From a virus, in the IMG/VR virus record IMGVR_UViG_3300045988_122718, positions 91,170 to 155,169 of that record: a stretch of DNA of 64,000 nt. One strand, written 5' to 3'. The notes under the pieces are model-generated. The model made no database searches. It was not told the origin of the DNA and worked only from the letters and a program-made list of their open reading frames with translations. Shown here in pieces: positions 10,034 through 18,832 of the stretch. Position 1 is the first letter of the stretch. Every line of letters starts with the position of its first letter. The translations under genes were made by a program, and so were the position numbers.

Positions 10034-10291
10034 TCACTTATTATTACTTACACTAGTTGTAAAATAGCTACCAACCACAGCCAGTACTCCACATACAACA
10101 GGAATTAAGTCTGGCATAAATCTAGTTGTTCCAAACAAAGTATTCAGTCCGATTACAACTGCACCACCAACAATCTTCATTAGAATCCAACCACCAAACC
10201 AACCAGCACCGAACGTGATGATTGGTTCGATAATACAAAGGATAATTACCCCAATAATTGCTCCAGCTACAGCTCCAACGTTATCTTTCAT
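10034..10291 (-). CDS. Small membrane protein
   Basis: Gly-rich hydrophobic ORF GAVAGAIIGVIILCI. Confidence 0.45.
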   Translation of the reverse strand: MKDNVGAVAGAIIGVIILCIIEPIITFGAGWFGGWILMKIVGGAVVIGLNTLFGTTRFMPDLIPVVCGVLAVVGSYFTTSVSNNK

Positions 10292-10303
10292 ATTAATTCT
10301 CCT

Positions 10304-11467
10304 TTATCCGTTATGTTTTAGTAGGTACTCTCTACTGACATTCTTGAAAGAATCACTACCATCCAAAGAACGATACACGATACCTTCACGCATTACATCT
10401 GGATTAACCTTGGACTTACCAGTTGCAAGAACCTTAAGTTCCTCCATAGTGTCTGGCATTTGAACTTCTCCAAGAATAGGAACCCATTTCATTCCCCACT
10501 CACGCACCTGTCCCGCACCCGCCATAGAAGACCAGCGACCAGTCTGGGACTCTTTGAAATTAAATACATACAAATCGTCCTCAGTAAGCTTCAGAGGATT
10601 ACCTTGAACAGAACCTACACCCTCACCCTGAATACAAACCCATTTGAGCTGAGGGAACTGATTCAGAAAATCCTTCAAATGCTGCTCAATATTGTACTTG
10701 AAAGCCAAATCCCAATAGATGTTATGGTCGTGGTAGCACTCCTGCTTCTCGTCCTGCTGTCTTACGTTACGAGAACAAACATAAAACTCAAACTTATTAC
10801 GTCCTTTACGCTCAAGAGCATAAGTACAAGAAGTGCCATCTAGCTTTTCTGTGGCAAGATAAGTCTTGCCGTCACCAATACGCCAAGGCTGATTTTCTAC
10901 ACGCTCTTCATCAGTCTTTGAAACAAATGTTGGGAAACCACGAGGATTATCCTTTTTCTTGCCGAAGAAGAAAAACATAATCTTGCGACCCCAAGAACGA
11001 CGCATCATCCAACGTGCCCACTTCTTCTTGAAGATCTTCTGGTGACGAGCAGCCATAGACTTATACTTTGCATTAGGATCACCATTGCCTTTACGAGCAT
11101 TGTCTTCTTGTACGGAATACTTAATACCAAGAATATCAGTTACGTCAGTGCCCTCAGAAAGTCCTACTAGCTCCTTAAATGCAGACTGAGGCATAGCAAG
11201 ACCCTGACTGATACAATTAAACTTGCCAAGCTTCATCGTCTTGACCTTAAAGCCCTTTGCACGAAGGAACTCAAACTCTTCTCTCTCAGGAACTTTGGAA
11301 TCAATCTCAATATAAACACAAGGATCGCCTTCATGGAATTCACCCTTCTTACAAATGAGATTCCATCCAAGCACATTGCACTGCTCGATATTGTCAGCAC
11401 CCTCAATAGGACGAATATTTGTTACATGCTGAATATATGCTAGAGCACGTTTATCATTAATAATCAT
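10304..11467 (-). CDS. RNA ligase, DRB0094/Rnl5-like family
   Basis: N-term OB-like IRPIEGADNIEQCNVLGWNLICKKGEFHEGDPCVYIEIDSKVPE; nucleotidyltransferase motif ATEKLDGTSCTY; VREGIVYR. Confidence 0.87.
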   Translation of the reverse strand: MIINDKRALAYIQHVTNIRPIEGADNIEQCNVLGWNLICKKGEFHEGDPCVYIEIDSKVPEREEFEFLRAKGFKVKTMKLGKFNCISQGLAMPQSAFKELVGLSEGTDVTDILGIKYSVQEDNARKGNGDPNAKYKSMAARHQKIFKKKWARWMMRRSWGRKIMFFFFGKKKDNPRGFPTFVSKTDEERVENQPWRIGDGKTYLATEKLDGTSCTYALERKGRNKFEFYVCSRNVRQQDEKQECYHDHNIYWDLAFKYNIEQHLKDFLNQFPQLKWVCIQGEGVGSVQGNPLKLTEDDLYVFNFKESQTGRWSSMAGAGQVREWGMKWVPILGEVQMPDTMEELKVLATGKSKVNPDVMREGIVYRSLDGSDSFKNVSREYLLKHNG

Positions 11468-11496
11468 TTTGTTCTCCTCTCATTAATTTTATATTG

Positions 11497-11886
11497 TTAA
11501 CCCTCATAAAATCTGAATAGTTTACTCATTGTCATACCATTCGCTTTAGCAAGACCCATAGCATAATCACACACGTCATCATCATCTGTCATACCAAGCT
11601 CATCACTCATGTAATCACTCAAGGTATCATAAGTATCATTATTGTTATTACTCCAGCCAATTAACATCTGCCCATTTACTGTAAAAATATCACAAGGTGA
11701 ACCACCAGCACCATTTGAGAATTTACACCAAGCACCTTCGAGCATAGAGTTACTCAATTCCTTTGCATCCTTCTTGTCAACTTCAATTACTTTATACTTT
11801 TCACCAAAGTACGTCTTGTTGAAAGCAATATCGTTGTCATTTAGAATCTTTTCAATATTGCCAGTCGTTAGCATTTCTACCTTCAT
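11497..11886 (-). CDS. Hypothetical protein
   Basis: Co-directional ORF. Confidence 0.5.
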   Translation of the reverse strand: MKVEMLTTGNIEKILNDNDIAFNKTYFGEKYKVIEVDKKDAKELSNSMLEGAWCKFSNGAGGSPCDIFTVNGQMLIGWSNNNNDTYDTLSDYMSDELGMTDDDDVCDYAMGLAKANGMTMSKLFRFYEG

Positions 11887-11897
11887 TTTTGTCCTCC

Positions 11898-12674
11898 TTA
11901 TAGTTCATCGTCTTCTTCTGCAAGCTTCTTCTTAATAGCCTTAATTGCGGCTTGTACGTCTGGACGAGTAATATTTTCCTCCATCCAAATTACATAATCG
12001 TCACCAGAACGATATAGGTCGATTAACTTCTCGCCCTTATGCTTACCAAATGTCAGCACGTATTCCTCTGGCTTAGATTCTACTCTTGGAGCTTCAATGT
12101 TCTCGAAATCCATCATAATAGTTTTACGAGATGCAAGGTAGTCTGCAAGATGTACTAGCTCTTGATATGTGTCTTCTGGTTTCGGCAAACATTCTCCGGT
12201 TTTTCTATCCACATTCCATTGGCCCATATGCGATTCAATACAATGAGCAATTAGTTCAATTTCATCGTGATTTAGATACTTGCCATCATAACTACGAATA
12301 ACCGTTGCCATTTGTAGAGGGTGGTCGAATTTAGTATACTTACTTCTTTCATAATCTGATTGGGACCCACTCTTACGGCCATCATGAATCAGTCCTGCCA
12401 CACGTAGCAAGTCTCTTTCTCTACTAGGAATTATTTTGTTGTATTGTTCAAGTTCAAGAAAGAAATTTAGGAATCTTACAACTGCAATCTGATGACGCAT
12501 CAATCCAAGTTCTCCAAGTGAATAGGCCGGATGGTACTTTCCAGTAGACGATGCTCCAACATGCCAGATATATTCTGGAAGATTGTCTAGCAACACAATT
12601 GCAAAATCTTTAATATCATTATTTTCAAATGTATTTAGTACTGGTTCTACTATATTTAGTCTTTCAGGCGTCAT
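11898..12674 (-). CDS. HD-domain phosphohydrolase with DUF3820-like C terminus
   Basis: VAGLIHDGRK...HPLQMAT...IAHCIESHMGQW; LTFGKHKGEKLIDL. Confidence 0.7.
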   Translation of the reverse strand: MTPERLNIVEPVLNTFENNDIKDFAIVLLDNLPEYIWHVGASSTGKYHPAYSLGELGLMRHQIAVVRFLNFFLELEQYNKIIPSRERDLLRVAGLIHDGRKSGSQSDYERSKYTKFDHPLQMATVIRSYDGKYLNHDEIELIAHCIESHMGQWNVDRKTGECLPKPEDTYQELVHLADYLASRKTIMMDFENIEAPRVESKPEEYVLTFGKHKGEKLIDLYRSGDDYVIWMEENITRPDVQAAIKAIKKKLAEEDDEL

Positions 12675-12675
12675 A

Positions 12676-12924
12676 TTAATCCTCCGTAGTGTAATACTCT
12701 AGTTCATCAAACATATTCGATAGGGTGATGACCGCATCTCTGCTATGATTATGTACTGCATCAGTTGGATTCTCATCTTCATAGTTCTCTACAAACCACA
12801 GGATATTGCTTAGTACGGTCTTTGCAAAATCAACAACCTCTACTACATCGTCTGCCTGGACATTTATAATACCATTTTCTGAAATGTTATTACATACATT
12901 GAATAGGTCGTTAAAAGCCTTCAT
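12676..12924 (-). CDS. Hypothetical protein
   Basis: Co-directional ORF. Confidence 0.45.
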   Translation of the reverse strand: MKAFNDLFNVCNNISENGIINVQADDVVEVVDFAKTVLSNILWFVENYEDENPTDAVHNHSRDAVITLSNMFDELEYYTTED

Positions 12925-13103
12925 TCGTCATCCTCCTTAATATCATCTACAAGCTTTTCAATCTTTCCACAACAGGCACATGCTTCCATATAAGGTGTAA
13001 ACACAATTCTATCAATATTCTTCTTTGATAATTTGTGTTTCTTTAGGAAACATTTCCGGCAATAAATTCCATAATCAGTCTCGTTCATTTCTTTAATCCT
13101 TTC

Positions 13104-13511
13104 TTAATCAAATGTCTCTTGAATATATCCATTATCCGTTGTATAGTTAATCTTTTTAATGCCAAGGCTCTTGATAAGTTTTTGACATCCAGGACATGGT
13201 TTACTCAATGCTTTTGTGCCATTTTTCCACTCTCTATATATGTAAATCTGTACATCTTTCCAGTTGATGTCTTTGCGATTCATAAGTGGTAAAAGCGCAG
13301 ACGTTTCTGCGTGAAGAAAATGATTCGTATCTCCGTCAAAACGTTCTTTATTGAGTTCTTTCTGAAGTGGGTGTGTTTTCATAATATTACAACCGCTTGA
13401 TATAATACGGTGGCCACACACTATGACACATCCTATATGATGCTTTTCAAAATCACTCAATTCAGAAACTGCTCTGGCTGCATTAAAATATGTTCTATCC
13501 TTTTTCGTCAT
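13104..13511 (-). CDS. Cytidine/deoxycytidylate deaminase-like protein
   Basis: FLHAETSALLPLM...SKPCPGCQKLIKSLGI (HAE / PCxxC). Confidence 0.8.
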   Translation of the reverse strand: MTKKDRTYFNAARAVSELSDFEKHHIGCVIVCGHRIISSGCNIMKTHPLQKELNKERFDGDTNHFLHAETSALLPLMNRKDINWKDVQIYIYREWKNGTKALSKPCPGCQKLIKSLGIKKINYTTDNGYIQETFD

Positions 13512-13528
13512 AAATTAATTTTGTACTG

Positions 13529-14035
13529 TTAATCCTTTTTAATAATTGCCCACACGTCATTATATGTAACACTTTTACTTAGTGCCTCATCGTGTGTCTT
13601 AACCAAAACATCAATATGATTGCCGTTTACGGCACCACCTCTATCTTGAGCCGTTCTATATCCAATTCCATCAATATAAACTTTTGTGCCATATGGGATT
13701 ACACTTGGATCAACTGCAATTGTTGTTCCAACATCTGTAGGTGCTCCAGATGCGGTTACTCCAGACCCTCCACAAATATGTTCCCTCCTTTCATCACAAT
13801 AGTAAGTAATTTTATATGATCCGAGGTACATAAATTCAACACCAGGAGATTTTAGGTCCTCAATTTCTTGCTTCAATCGAGAATTTTCATCATCCTTTAC
13901 AGAAATCACCTCGTTCAATCCATCAATAGAACTACTCATCATAGAGATTTCGTTATTTTTCAAATGGATTGTCATTACAAGCAAAACAATCACCGTAGCC
14001 AAAATAAGATAAGATATGTATTTCTTTCTAATCAT
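13529..14035 (-). CDS. Membrane-anchored 3D-domain protein
   Basis: N-terminal TM helix; GSGVTASGAPTDVGTTIAVDPSVIPYGTKVYIDGIGYRTAQDRGGAVNGNHIDV. Confidence 0.85.
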   Translation of the reverse strand: MIRKKYISYLILATVIVLLVMTIHLKNNEISMMSSSIDGLNEVISVKDDENSRLKQEIEDLKSPGVEFMYLGSYKITYYCDERREHICGGSGVTASGAPTDVGTTIAVDPSVIPYGTKVYIDGIGYRTAQDRGGAVNGNHIDVLVKTHDEALSKSVTYNDVWAIIKKD

Positions 14036-14056
14036 TCTTAATGTCCTTCCTAAATT

Positions 14057-14100
14057 AATTTTGTACTGTAATTATAACAGATATTTTCTATTTGTCAAGA
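14057..14100 (-). promoter_or_regulatory. Promoter plus conserved leader
   Basis: Sense: CTTGACAAATAGAAAATATCTGTTATAATTACAGTACAAAATTAATTTAGG. Confidence 0.75.
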
Positions 14101-15219
14101 TGTTCTTAACCTTTCAATAAGTTTTTTTAGAATTTTAGCAATATCAGAAATATCGTGCTGATTCAATGTTTCGTCCAATGTAATACGAATTGTGTTTAAA
14201 GCTTCTGTGTCTGTAAGTCCGATAGCTTTTAATGTACTACTTGGCACAGCCTCCCCACTACTACAAGCAGAACCTGCAGAGATATAAATCCCATACATAC
14301 TTGCTAGAGTCACAAGGTCACTAGCTTTTACTCCATCAATACGAACAGAAATATTATTGCACAGACGATTAGTATCAAGTTCTGGACCATTTAGATGTAC
14401 TCCAGGAATTTCAAGAATTTTCTTTGCAAGTTCATCCCTATTAAATCTAGTACAAATGTTTGTATAGTCGTGTAACGTTCCTCTATTAATCTCTAGCGCT
14501 TTACCCATAGCTGCTATTGCAGGAGTATTTTCAGTTCCTCCTCGTTTGTGTAATTCTTGACTTCCATAAATAATCGGTGATAAATCAATTGTATCTTTGC
14601 AGTATAAAAATCCTGCACCTCTTCCACCTCTAAATTTCTGTGCTGAAATACTCATCATATCTATTCTAAGCTTATCAACATCAATTCTTGATTCAGGGAA
14701 ATATTGAACGGCATCCACATGTAATATACAATTATATTTATGCGTAATATATGAAATAGATTTAATATCTTGGAGTGTTCCAATTTCAGAGTTTGCATAC
14801 TGAATACTAACAATAGAATTATTATGTTCTTTTATTGTATCTTCTAAAATATTTGCATCAATATTTCCAAATTCATCTACTGGAATATAATGTACATTAG
14901 TAAATTTATGATGATTTAAAATTTCACTAATAGATTTATGCTCTAATTGTGTCGTTATAATAGTGTCAAAATTTGTTCCACAAAGTGCTAAAGTGTTTGC
15001 CTCTACTCCCCCACTTGTGAAAATTATTTCTTTAGGTTCACAATTAATGTCTGCTGCAATTTGATCTCTTACATTTTCAATTATATTTTTAGCATCTTGC
15101 CCCATCTCATGAGTCGAAGATGGGTTGCCATAATGATTATACATTACATCGGCAACCACATCTACAACTTCTTTGTATGGCTGAGTAGTAGATGCGCAAT
15201 CTAAAAAGTATTTCTTCAT
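14095..15219 (-). CDS. Cysteine desulfurase (class V aminotransferase, NifS/IscS-like)
   Basis: YFLDCASTTQPYKEV...FTSGGVEANTLAL...HVDAVQYFPESRID..SAQKFRGGRGAGFLY..SAGSACSSG. Confidence 0.93.
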   Translation of the reverse strand: MKKYFLDCASTTQPYKEVVDVVADVMYNHYGNPSSTHEMGQDAKNIIENVRDQIAADINCEPKEIIFTSGGVEANTLALCGTNFDTIITTQLEHKSISEILNHHKFTNVHYIPVDEFGNIDANILEDTIKEHNNSIVSIQYANSEIGTLQDIKSISYITHKYNCILHVDAVQYFPESRIDVDKLRIDMMSISAQKFRGGRGAGFLYCKDTIDLSPIIYGSQELHKRGGTENTPAIAAMGKALEINRGTLHDYTNICTRFNRDELAKKILEIPGVHLNGPELDTNRLCNNISVRIDGVKASDLVTLASMYGIYISAGSACSSGEAVPSSTLKAIGLTDTEALNTIRITLDETLNQHDISDIAKILKKLIERLRTS

Positions 15220-15222
15220 TGT

Positions 15223-15666
15223 CTACTCCTCAAATTCAATTTTCTCCTGGTGCCCATTACGAACCTCTGTGTACAGATACTTACTAGCAGCATAATCATT
15301 GTGAAAGTGCGCCCACTTATAAGCATCAAACATTGAATCGAAATCTACATCGTATCCGTAATAAATTGTATAGAAAGATGTGTCGTCTCTATATCTTCCA
15401 ATCATTACAAGTACATTATCCTCGTTCTGCAAAACGTTTCCAAGATACTTATGTGGGATTTCATAGATATTGTTAAGAACATCCTCCACAATATCATAAT
15501 CTACTGTAGTAACATTCTTTGTGATAAGAACTGTATTATTGTTACATTTGCAAACTGCGTGGTAATACTTTAACCCCTTTATCTTATTCTCTGTGAACTC
15601 AGCAGATACTACCTCAAGCATTGCCCCTGAAACATCATATAATGTGCTCATGTCTAACCTCCTCAA
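15223..15666 (-). CDS. Hypothetical protein; ends with TAG
   Basis: ORF; stop codon 15223..15225 reads TAG in sense. Confidence 0.5.
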   Translation of the reverse strand: MRRLDMSTLYDVSGAMLEVVSAEFTENKIKGLKYYHAVCKCNNNTVLITKNVTTVDYDIVEDVLNNIYEIPHKYLGNVLQNEDNVLVMIGRYRDDTSFYTIYYGYDVDFDSMFDAYKWAHFHNDYAASKYLYTEVRNGHQEKIEFEE

Positions 15667-15755
15667 TTAATTTTGTATTATAATTATAACGCAAATTTCT
15701 CATTTGTCAAGTGCATTTTAGAAAAATAGCCACCTTTTTACAGGCGGCTTATTTT

Positions 15756-16985
15756 TTACATATAAATTGGATGTAGTTCGCATAGTTGACGAGCTATATC
15801 GGAGATATATTTCTTATTGCCATCGAAGTCTTTGATGGCCAACGAAATAAGTCCCGCCACATTTCTTGCGTCAAACTTATCAAAGCCACGTGTAGTAATT
15901 GCGGGAGTCCCAATACGAAGACCACTAGTTACAAATGTGGATAGAGGGTCGTTAGGAATTGAATTTTTATTCGTTGTAATGTTTACACTATCGAGCTTCT
16001 CCTGTAATTCTTTGCCAGTAATTCCTGTGTCTCTAAGGTCTAGAATCATTAGATGATTATCTGTTCCCCCAGAAATAAGCTTAATGCCATTTGTGTTAAA
16101 TACACTTGCCATAGCCTTTGCATTATTAATAACATTATTCTGATATTCTGCAAATTCTGTCTTCAACGCTTCTCCAAAACATACTGCCTTTGCTGCAATT
16201 ATATGTTCTAGAGGACCTCCCTGAGTACCAGGAAATACCGCCGAATCAATCTTCTTTGCAAGTTTACTCTTGCACAAAATAACTGCACCACGAGGGCCTC
16301 TCATGGATTTATGAGTCGTAAATGTGCAAACATCAGCATAAGGGACAGGACTTGGATGTACGCCTCCTGCTACAAGGCCAGCAATATGTGCCATGTCTAC
16401 AAAGAGATAAGCACCGACTTCATCTGCAATTTCACGGAACTTTGTAAAATCAATGATACGCGGATATGCAGAAGCTCCTGCCAAAATCATCTTAGGCTTG
16501 TTCTTTAGTGCAAGGTCTCTCACATTGTCATAGTCAATAAAGCCATCTTCTCCTACGCCATAATGAACGACATTAAAATATTTTCCAGAGATATTGAACG
16601 ATGCTCCGTGACTGAGATGTCCACCGGCAGAAAGATCCATGGACAGAACGGTATCACCAGGAGATAATAGTGCATAAAATACTGCCAAATTTGCGCTTGC
16701 TCCTGAATGCGGCTGCACGTTTGCATGTTCTGCTCCAAATAGCTTTTTACAACGTTCAATTGCAAGAAGTTCTACTTCATCAATATACTGACATCCACCA
16801 TAGTATCTCGCATGAGGCTTTCCTTCTGCGTATTTATTAGTTAGAACAGATGACATTGCGTCAAGAACTGCTGGAGATACAATGTTTTCTGATGCAATAA
16901 GTTCAATTGTACCACGTTGCCTGTTAAGTTCTTTCAAACAAATATCGTATACTTCTACATCTTGCTTTTTTAGATTGTCTAGCAT
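15756..16985 (-). CDS. glyA: Serine hydroxymethyltransferase
   Basis: [35 protein letters not shown]...[12 protein letters not shown]; start after AAGGAGTG. Confidence 0.96.
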   Translation of the reverse strand: MLDNLKKQDVEVYDICLKELNRQRGTIELIASENIVSPAVLDAMSSVLTNKYAEGKPHARYYGGCQYIDEVELLAIERCKKLFGAEHANVQPHSGASANLAVFYALLSPGDTVLSMDLSAGGHLSHGASFNISGKYFNVVHYGVGEDGFIDYDNVRDLALKNKPKMILAGASAYPRIIDFTKFREIADEVGAYLFVDMAHIAGLVAGGVHPSPVPYADVCTFTTHKSMRGPRGAVILCKSKLAKKIDSAVFPGTQGGPLEHIIAAKAVCFGEALKTEFAEYQNNVINNAKAMASVFNTNGIKLISGGTDNHLMILDLRDTGITGKELQEKLDSVNITTNKNSIPNDPLSTFVTSGLRIGTPAITTRGFDKFDARNVAGLISLAIKDFDGNKKYISDIARQLCELHPIYM

Positions 16986-17010
16986 TATATTCACTCCTTA
17001 CTTAAAAATA

Positions 17011-17030
17011 GGGGAGACTTTCGTCTCCCC
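17011..17030 (-). terminator. Rho-independent-type terminator after tRNA array
   Basis: GGGGAGAC-GAAA-GTCTCCCC then TATTTTT in sense. Confidence 0.75.
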
Positions 17031-17033
17031 TTA

Positions 17034-17109
17034 TGGAGCACGTGACGAGGCTCGAACTCGCAACAGCCAGATTGGAAATCTGGAACTCTACCAATTGAGC
17101 TACACGTGC
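17034..17109 (-). tRNA. tRNA-Gly(TCC), CCA encoded
   Basis: GCACGTG acceptor, CCAGA-TTTCCAA-TCTGG, canonical T arm. Confidence 0.9.
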
Positions 17110-17113
17110 ATAT

Positions 17114-17185
17114 AATATTCCACACAGGAGTCGAACCTGTCTCTCTACGTTCGCGGCGTAGTGTTCTATCCGATGAACTAGTGGA
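17114..17185 (-). tRNA. tRNA-Arg(GCG), unusual C33, no encoded CCA
   Basis: ATTCCAC acceptor; CTACG-CCGCGAA-CGTAG; canonical T arm. Confidence 0.75.
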
Positions 17186-17195
17186 ATTTGACTTA

Positions 17196-17951
17196 CTATA
17201 TATCAAATTCTTTGTGTCTACCACAATCTCTTGATAACCACGTTATATTTCTTTTACCATTACCTTTGTTTGCTCCTCTATATGTAGGAGTTAATGAATG
17301 ACAATTAGGGCATAACAATGTTAAATTTTCTTCTTTATTATTTGTTGCATCTCCATCAATATGTTCTATTTCAAGTGGCAAAGTTCCAGTATATGGATTA
17401 ATTTCACTCCACCCACATTTTGCACATTTATTTTCGTATTTATCAAAAATATATTTTTTAATAGACGAAGATAGGTCTATCCATTTATCACCTGTTAATC
17501 CATCCCATTCTCCATCTTTCCATTGTTTTATTTTTTGTTTATATCTATATTCATTAAAACATTTTGCAGAACAATATTTATTTTTCTTAGGTATTTCTTT
17601 ATTACAATTAATACAATAATGATGTCCTACTTTCTTTTTTCTATGTTGGTTGCTATATGTCACAGAGCATGAACGGGAACAAAACTCAATTCTTTTAAAA
17701 TCACTATTTTTTTGATTATATTTTTGCGAGATTTCTTTCCCACAATTTTTACAAAACTTAATATCTAATTCTTCTTTAATGTGCGGACATTTTTCAATCA
17801 TACAATATTTTATTGTAGATAATTGCTTTTCAAATGTTTTATGACACCCATCACATTCTACAATATATATAGTATGATTGTCTTTTGTTCTTTTGTCAGA
17901 TATCCCTATTATTGTATAACATCCATATTTTTCTCCTATGTGTTTATCCAT
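17196..17951 (-). CDS. HNH endonuclease, probable homing endonuclease within the tRNA array
   Basis: CAKCGWSEINPYTGTLPLEIEHIDGDATNNKEENLTLLCPNCHSLT; several Cys knuckles. Confidence 0.9.
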   Translation of the reverse strand: MDKHIGEKYGCYTIIGISDKRTKDNHTIYIVECDGCHKTFEKQLSTIKYCMIEKCPHIKEELDIKFCKNCGKEISQKYNQKNSDFKRIEFCSRSCSVTYSNQHRKKKVGHHYCINCNKEIPKKNKYCSAKCFNEYRYKQKIKQWKDGEWDGLTGDKWIDLSSSIKKYIFDKYENKCAKCGWSEINPYTGTLPLEIEHIDGDATNNKEENLTLLCPNCHSLTPTYRGANKGNGKRNITWLSRDCGRHKEFDI

Positions 17952-17983
17952 TATGTATCACCACGATGTCTATTATTTTAAGA

Positions 17984-18115
17984 TGGTGGGCCTGGAGGAA
18001 CTCGAATCCTCGACCAATAGCTTAATGGTGGGAATGGCAGGTGCTGCCCCTACTTGCAAAAGCTTTTCTGAATACACCCCCAAGGCTACTGCTCTACCTA
18101 CTGAGCTACAGACCC
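17984..18115 (-). tRNA. tRNA-Lys(TTT) interrupted in the anticodon by a 56-nt tRNA-like insert (18026..18081)
   Basis: GGGTCTG..CAGGCCC-ACCA acceptor; GTAGC-CTT[insert]TTAA-GCTAT anticodon arm; canonical D and T arms. Confidence 0.85.
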
Positions 18116-18118
18116 ATA

Positions 18119-18194
18119 TGGTCTGAGTGGTGAGTCCCGCCCTCACGGCCTCGTGGTCCCAGGCCACGCGCTCTGCTAACTGAGCTACACCCAG
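18119..18194 (-). tRNA. tRNA-Pro(TGG) with C33 and non-canonical T loop GGCGGGA
   Basis: CTGGGTG..CACTCAG-ACCA; CGTGG-CCTGGGA-CCACG; GTGAG-GGCGGGA-CTCAC. Confidence 0.75.
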
Positions 18195-18199
18195 AAATA

Positions 18200-18276
18200 T
18201 GGCACCCCGTGTTGGACTCAAACCAACGACACATGGCTTAGAAGGCCATTGCTCTGTTCAACTGAGCTAACGGGGC
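18200..18276 (-). tRNA. tRNA-Arg(TCT)
   Basis: ATGGC-CTTCTAA-GCCAT; GTTGG-TTTGAGT-CCAAC; GCCA end. Confidence 0.9.
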
Positions 18277-18281
18277 ATATA

Positions 18282-18370
18282 TGGCGCGGCGCTGAGGTGT
18301 CGATCCCCATTCCTTTCACAGAACCACTAGTTTTCAAGACTAGGTTGCAAGCCGTTGCAATTAACGCCGC
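18282..18370 (-). tRNA. tRNA-Ser(TGA)
   Basis: CTAGT-CTTGAAA-ACTAG; long variable arm; GCGGCGT/GCGCCGC; GCCA end. Confidence 0.85.
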
Positions 18371-18480
18371 ATATTTTTGTAATCTCAAACTCCTCCACAC
18401 AGATTACTGGGCACCCCTTACCTCGAATGCTAGTTAGTAGCAACAAACGTTTGTGCCGTTTCCACAAATAAAGATACACT

Positions 18481-18675
18481 TTACTGCGTATTAACCTCTG
18501 TATATTCAGTACTAGATAAGGTAATCATTCTTTCGCATCCGTCCTGTGGACAAAAAATATTTGCAACCCCAAGATTATTTATTCCGTCAGACGGATTAAA
18601 TGCAAATTCACAACCACAATAAGGGCAGATTGCCTTATAGGTCTTAACTTTGCCTCCCTTGATAATATACTTCAT
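18481..18675 (-). CDS. Small zinc-ribbon protein in the tRNA array
   Basis: AICPYCGCEFAF...IFCPQDGCERM. Confidence 0.6.
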   Translation of the reverse strand: MKYIIKGGKVKTYKAICPYCGCEFAFNPSDGINNLGVANIFCPQDGCERMITLSSTEYTEVNTQ

Positions 18676-18686
18676 AGTAACACCTC

Positions 18687-18806
18687 TTAATTAAACTTGC
18701 TTAACTGCCGCTTAACCTTACGGATAAGACCTTCGTTCATAGTCTCGCCTCGTGCCAGAAGCTTTGCTAAACGATTTTCATAATGTTCCTTAGTGCGAAA
18801 ATTCAT
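18687..18806 (-). CDS. Small ORF, 39 aa, not in supplied track
   Basis: MNFRTKEHYENRLAKLLARGETMNEGLIRKVKRQLSKFN* preceded by GGAGG. Confidence 0.45.
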   Translation of the reverse strand: MNFRTKEHYENRLAKLLARGETMNEGLIRKVKRQLSKFN

Positions 18807-18832
18807 AATATGTACCTCCTAAAATTTTTGTA

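Noticed and set aside
17984-18115. tRNA-Lys insert read as tRNA-Pro(TGG) (loop CTTGGAA)
   Set aside because: The boundary consistent with the other inserts (after CTT, ending ACCA) gives the canonical Lys loop CTTTTAA, and the body resembles bacterial tRNA-Lys.
16882-18437. Track ORFs overlapping tRNAs (16882..17115 +, 16991..17224 -, 17973..18221 -, 18218..18400 -, 18249..18437 +)
   Set aside because: They run across tRNA genes and terminators; the RNA genes explain the sequence.
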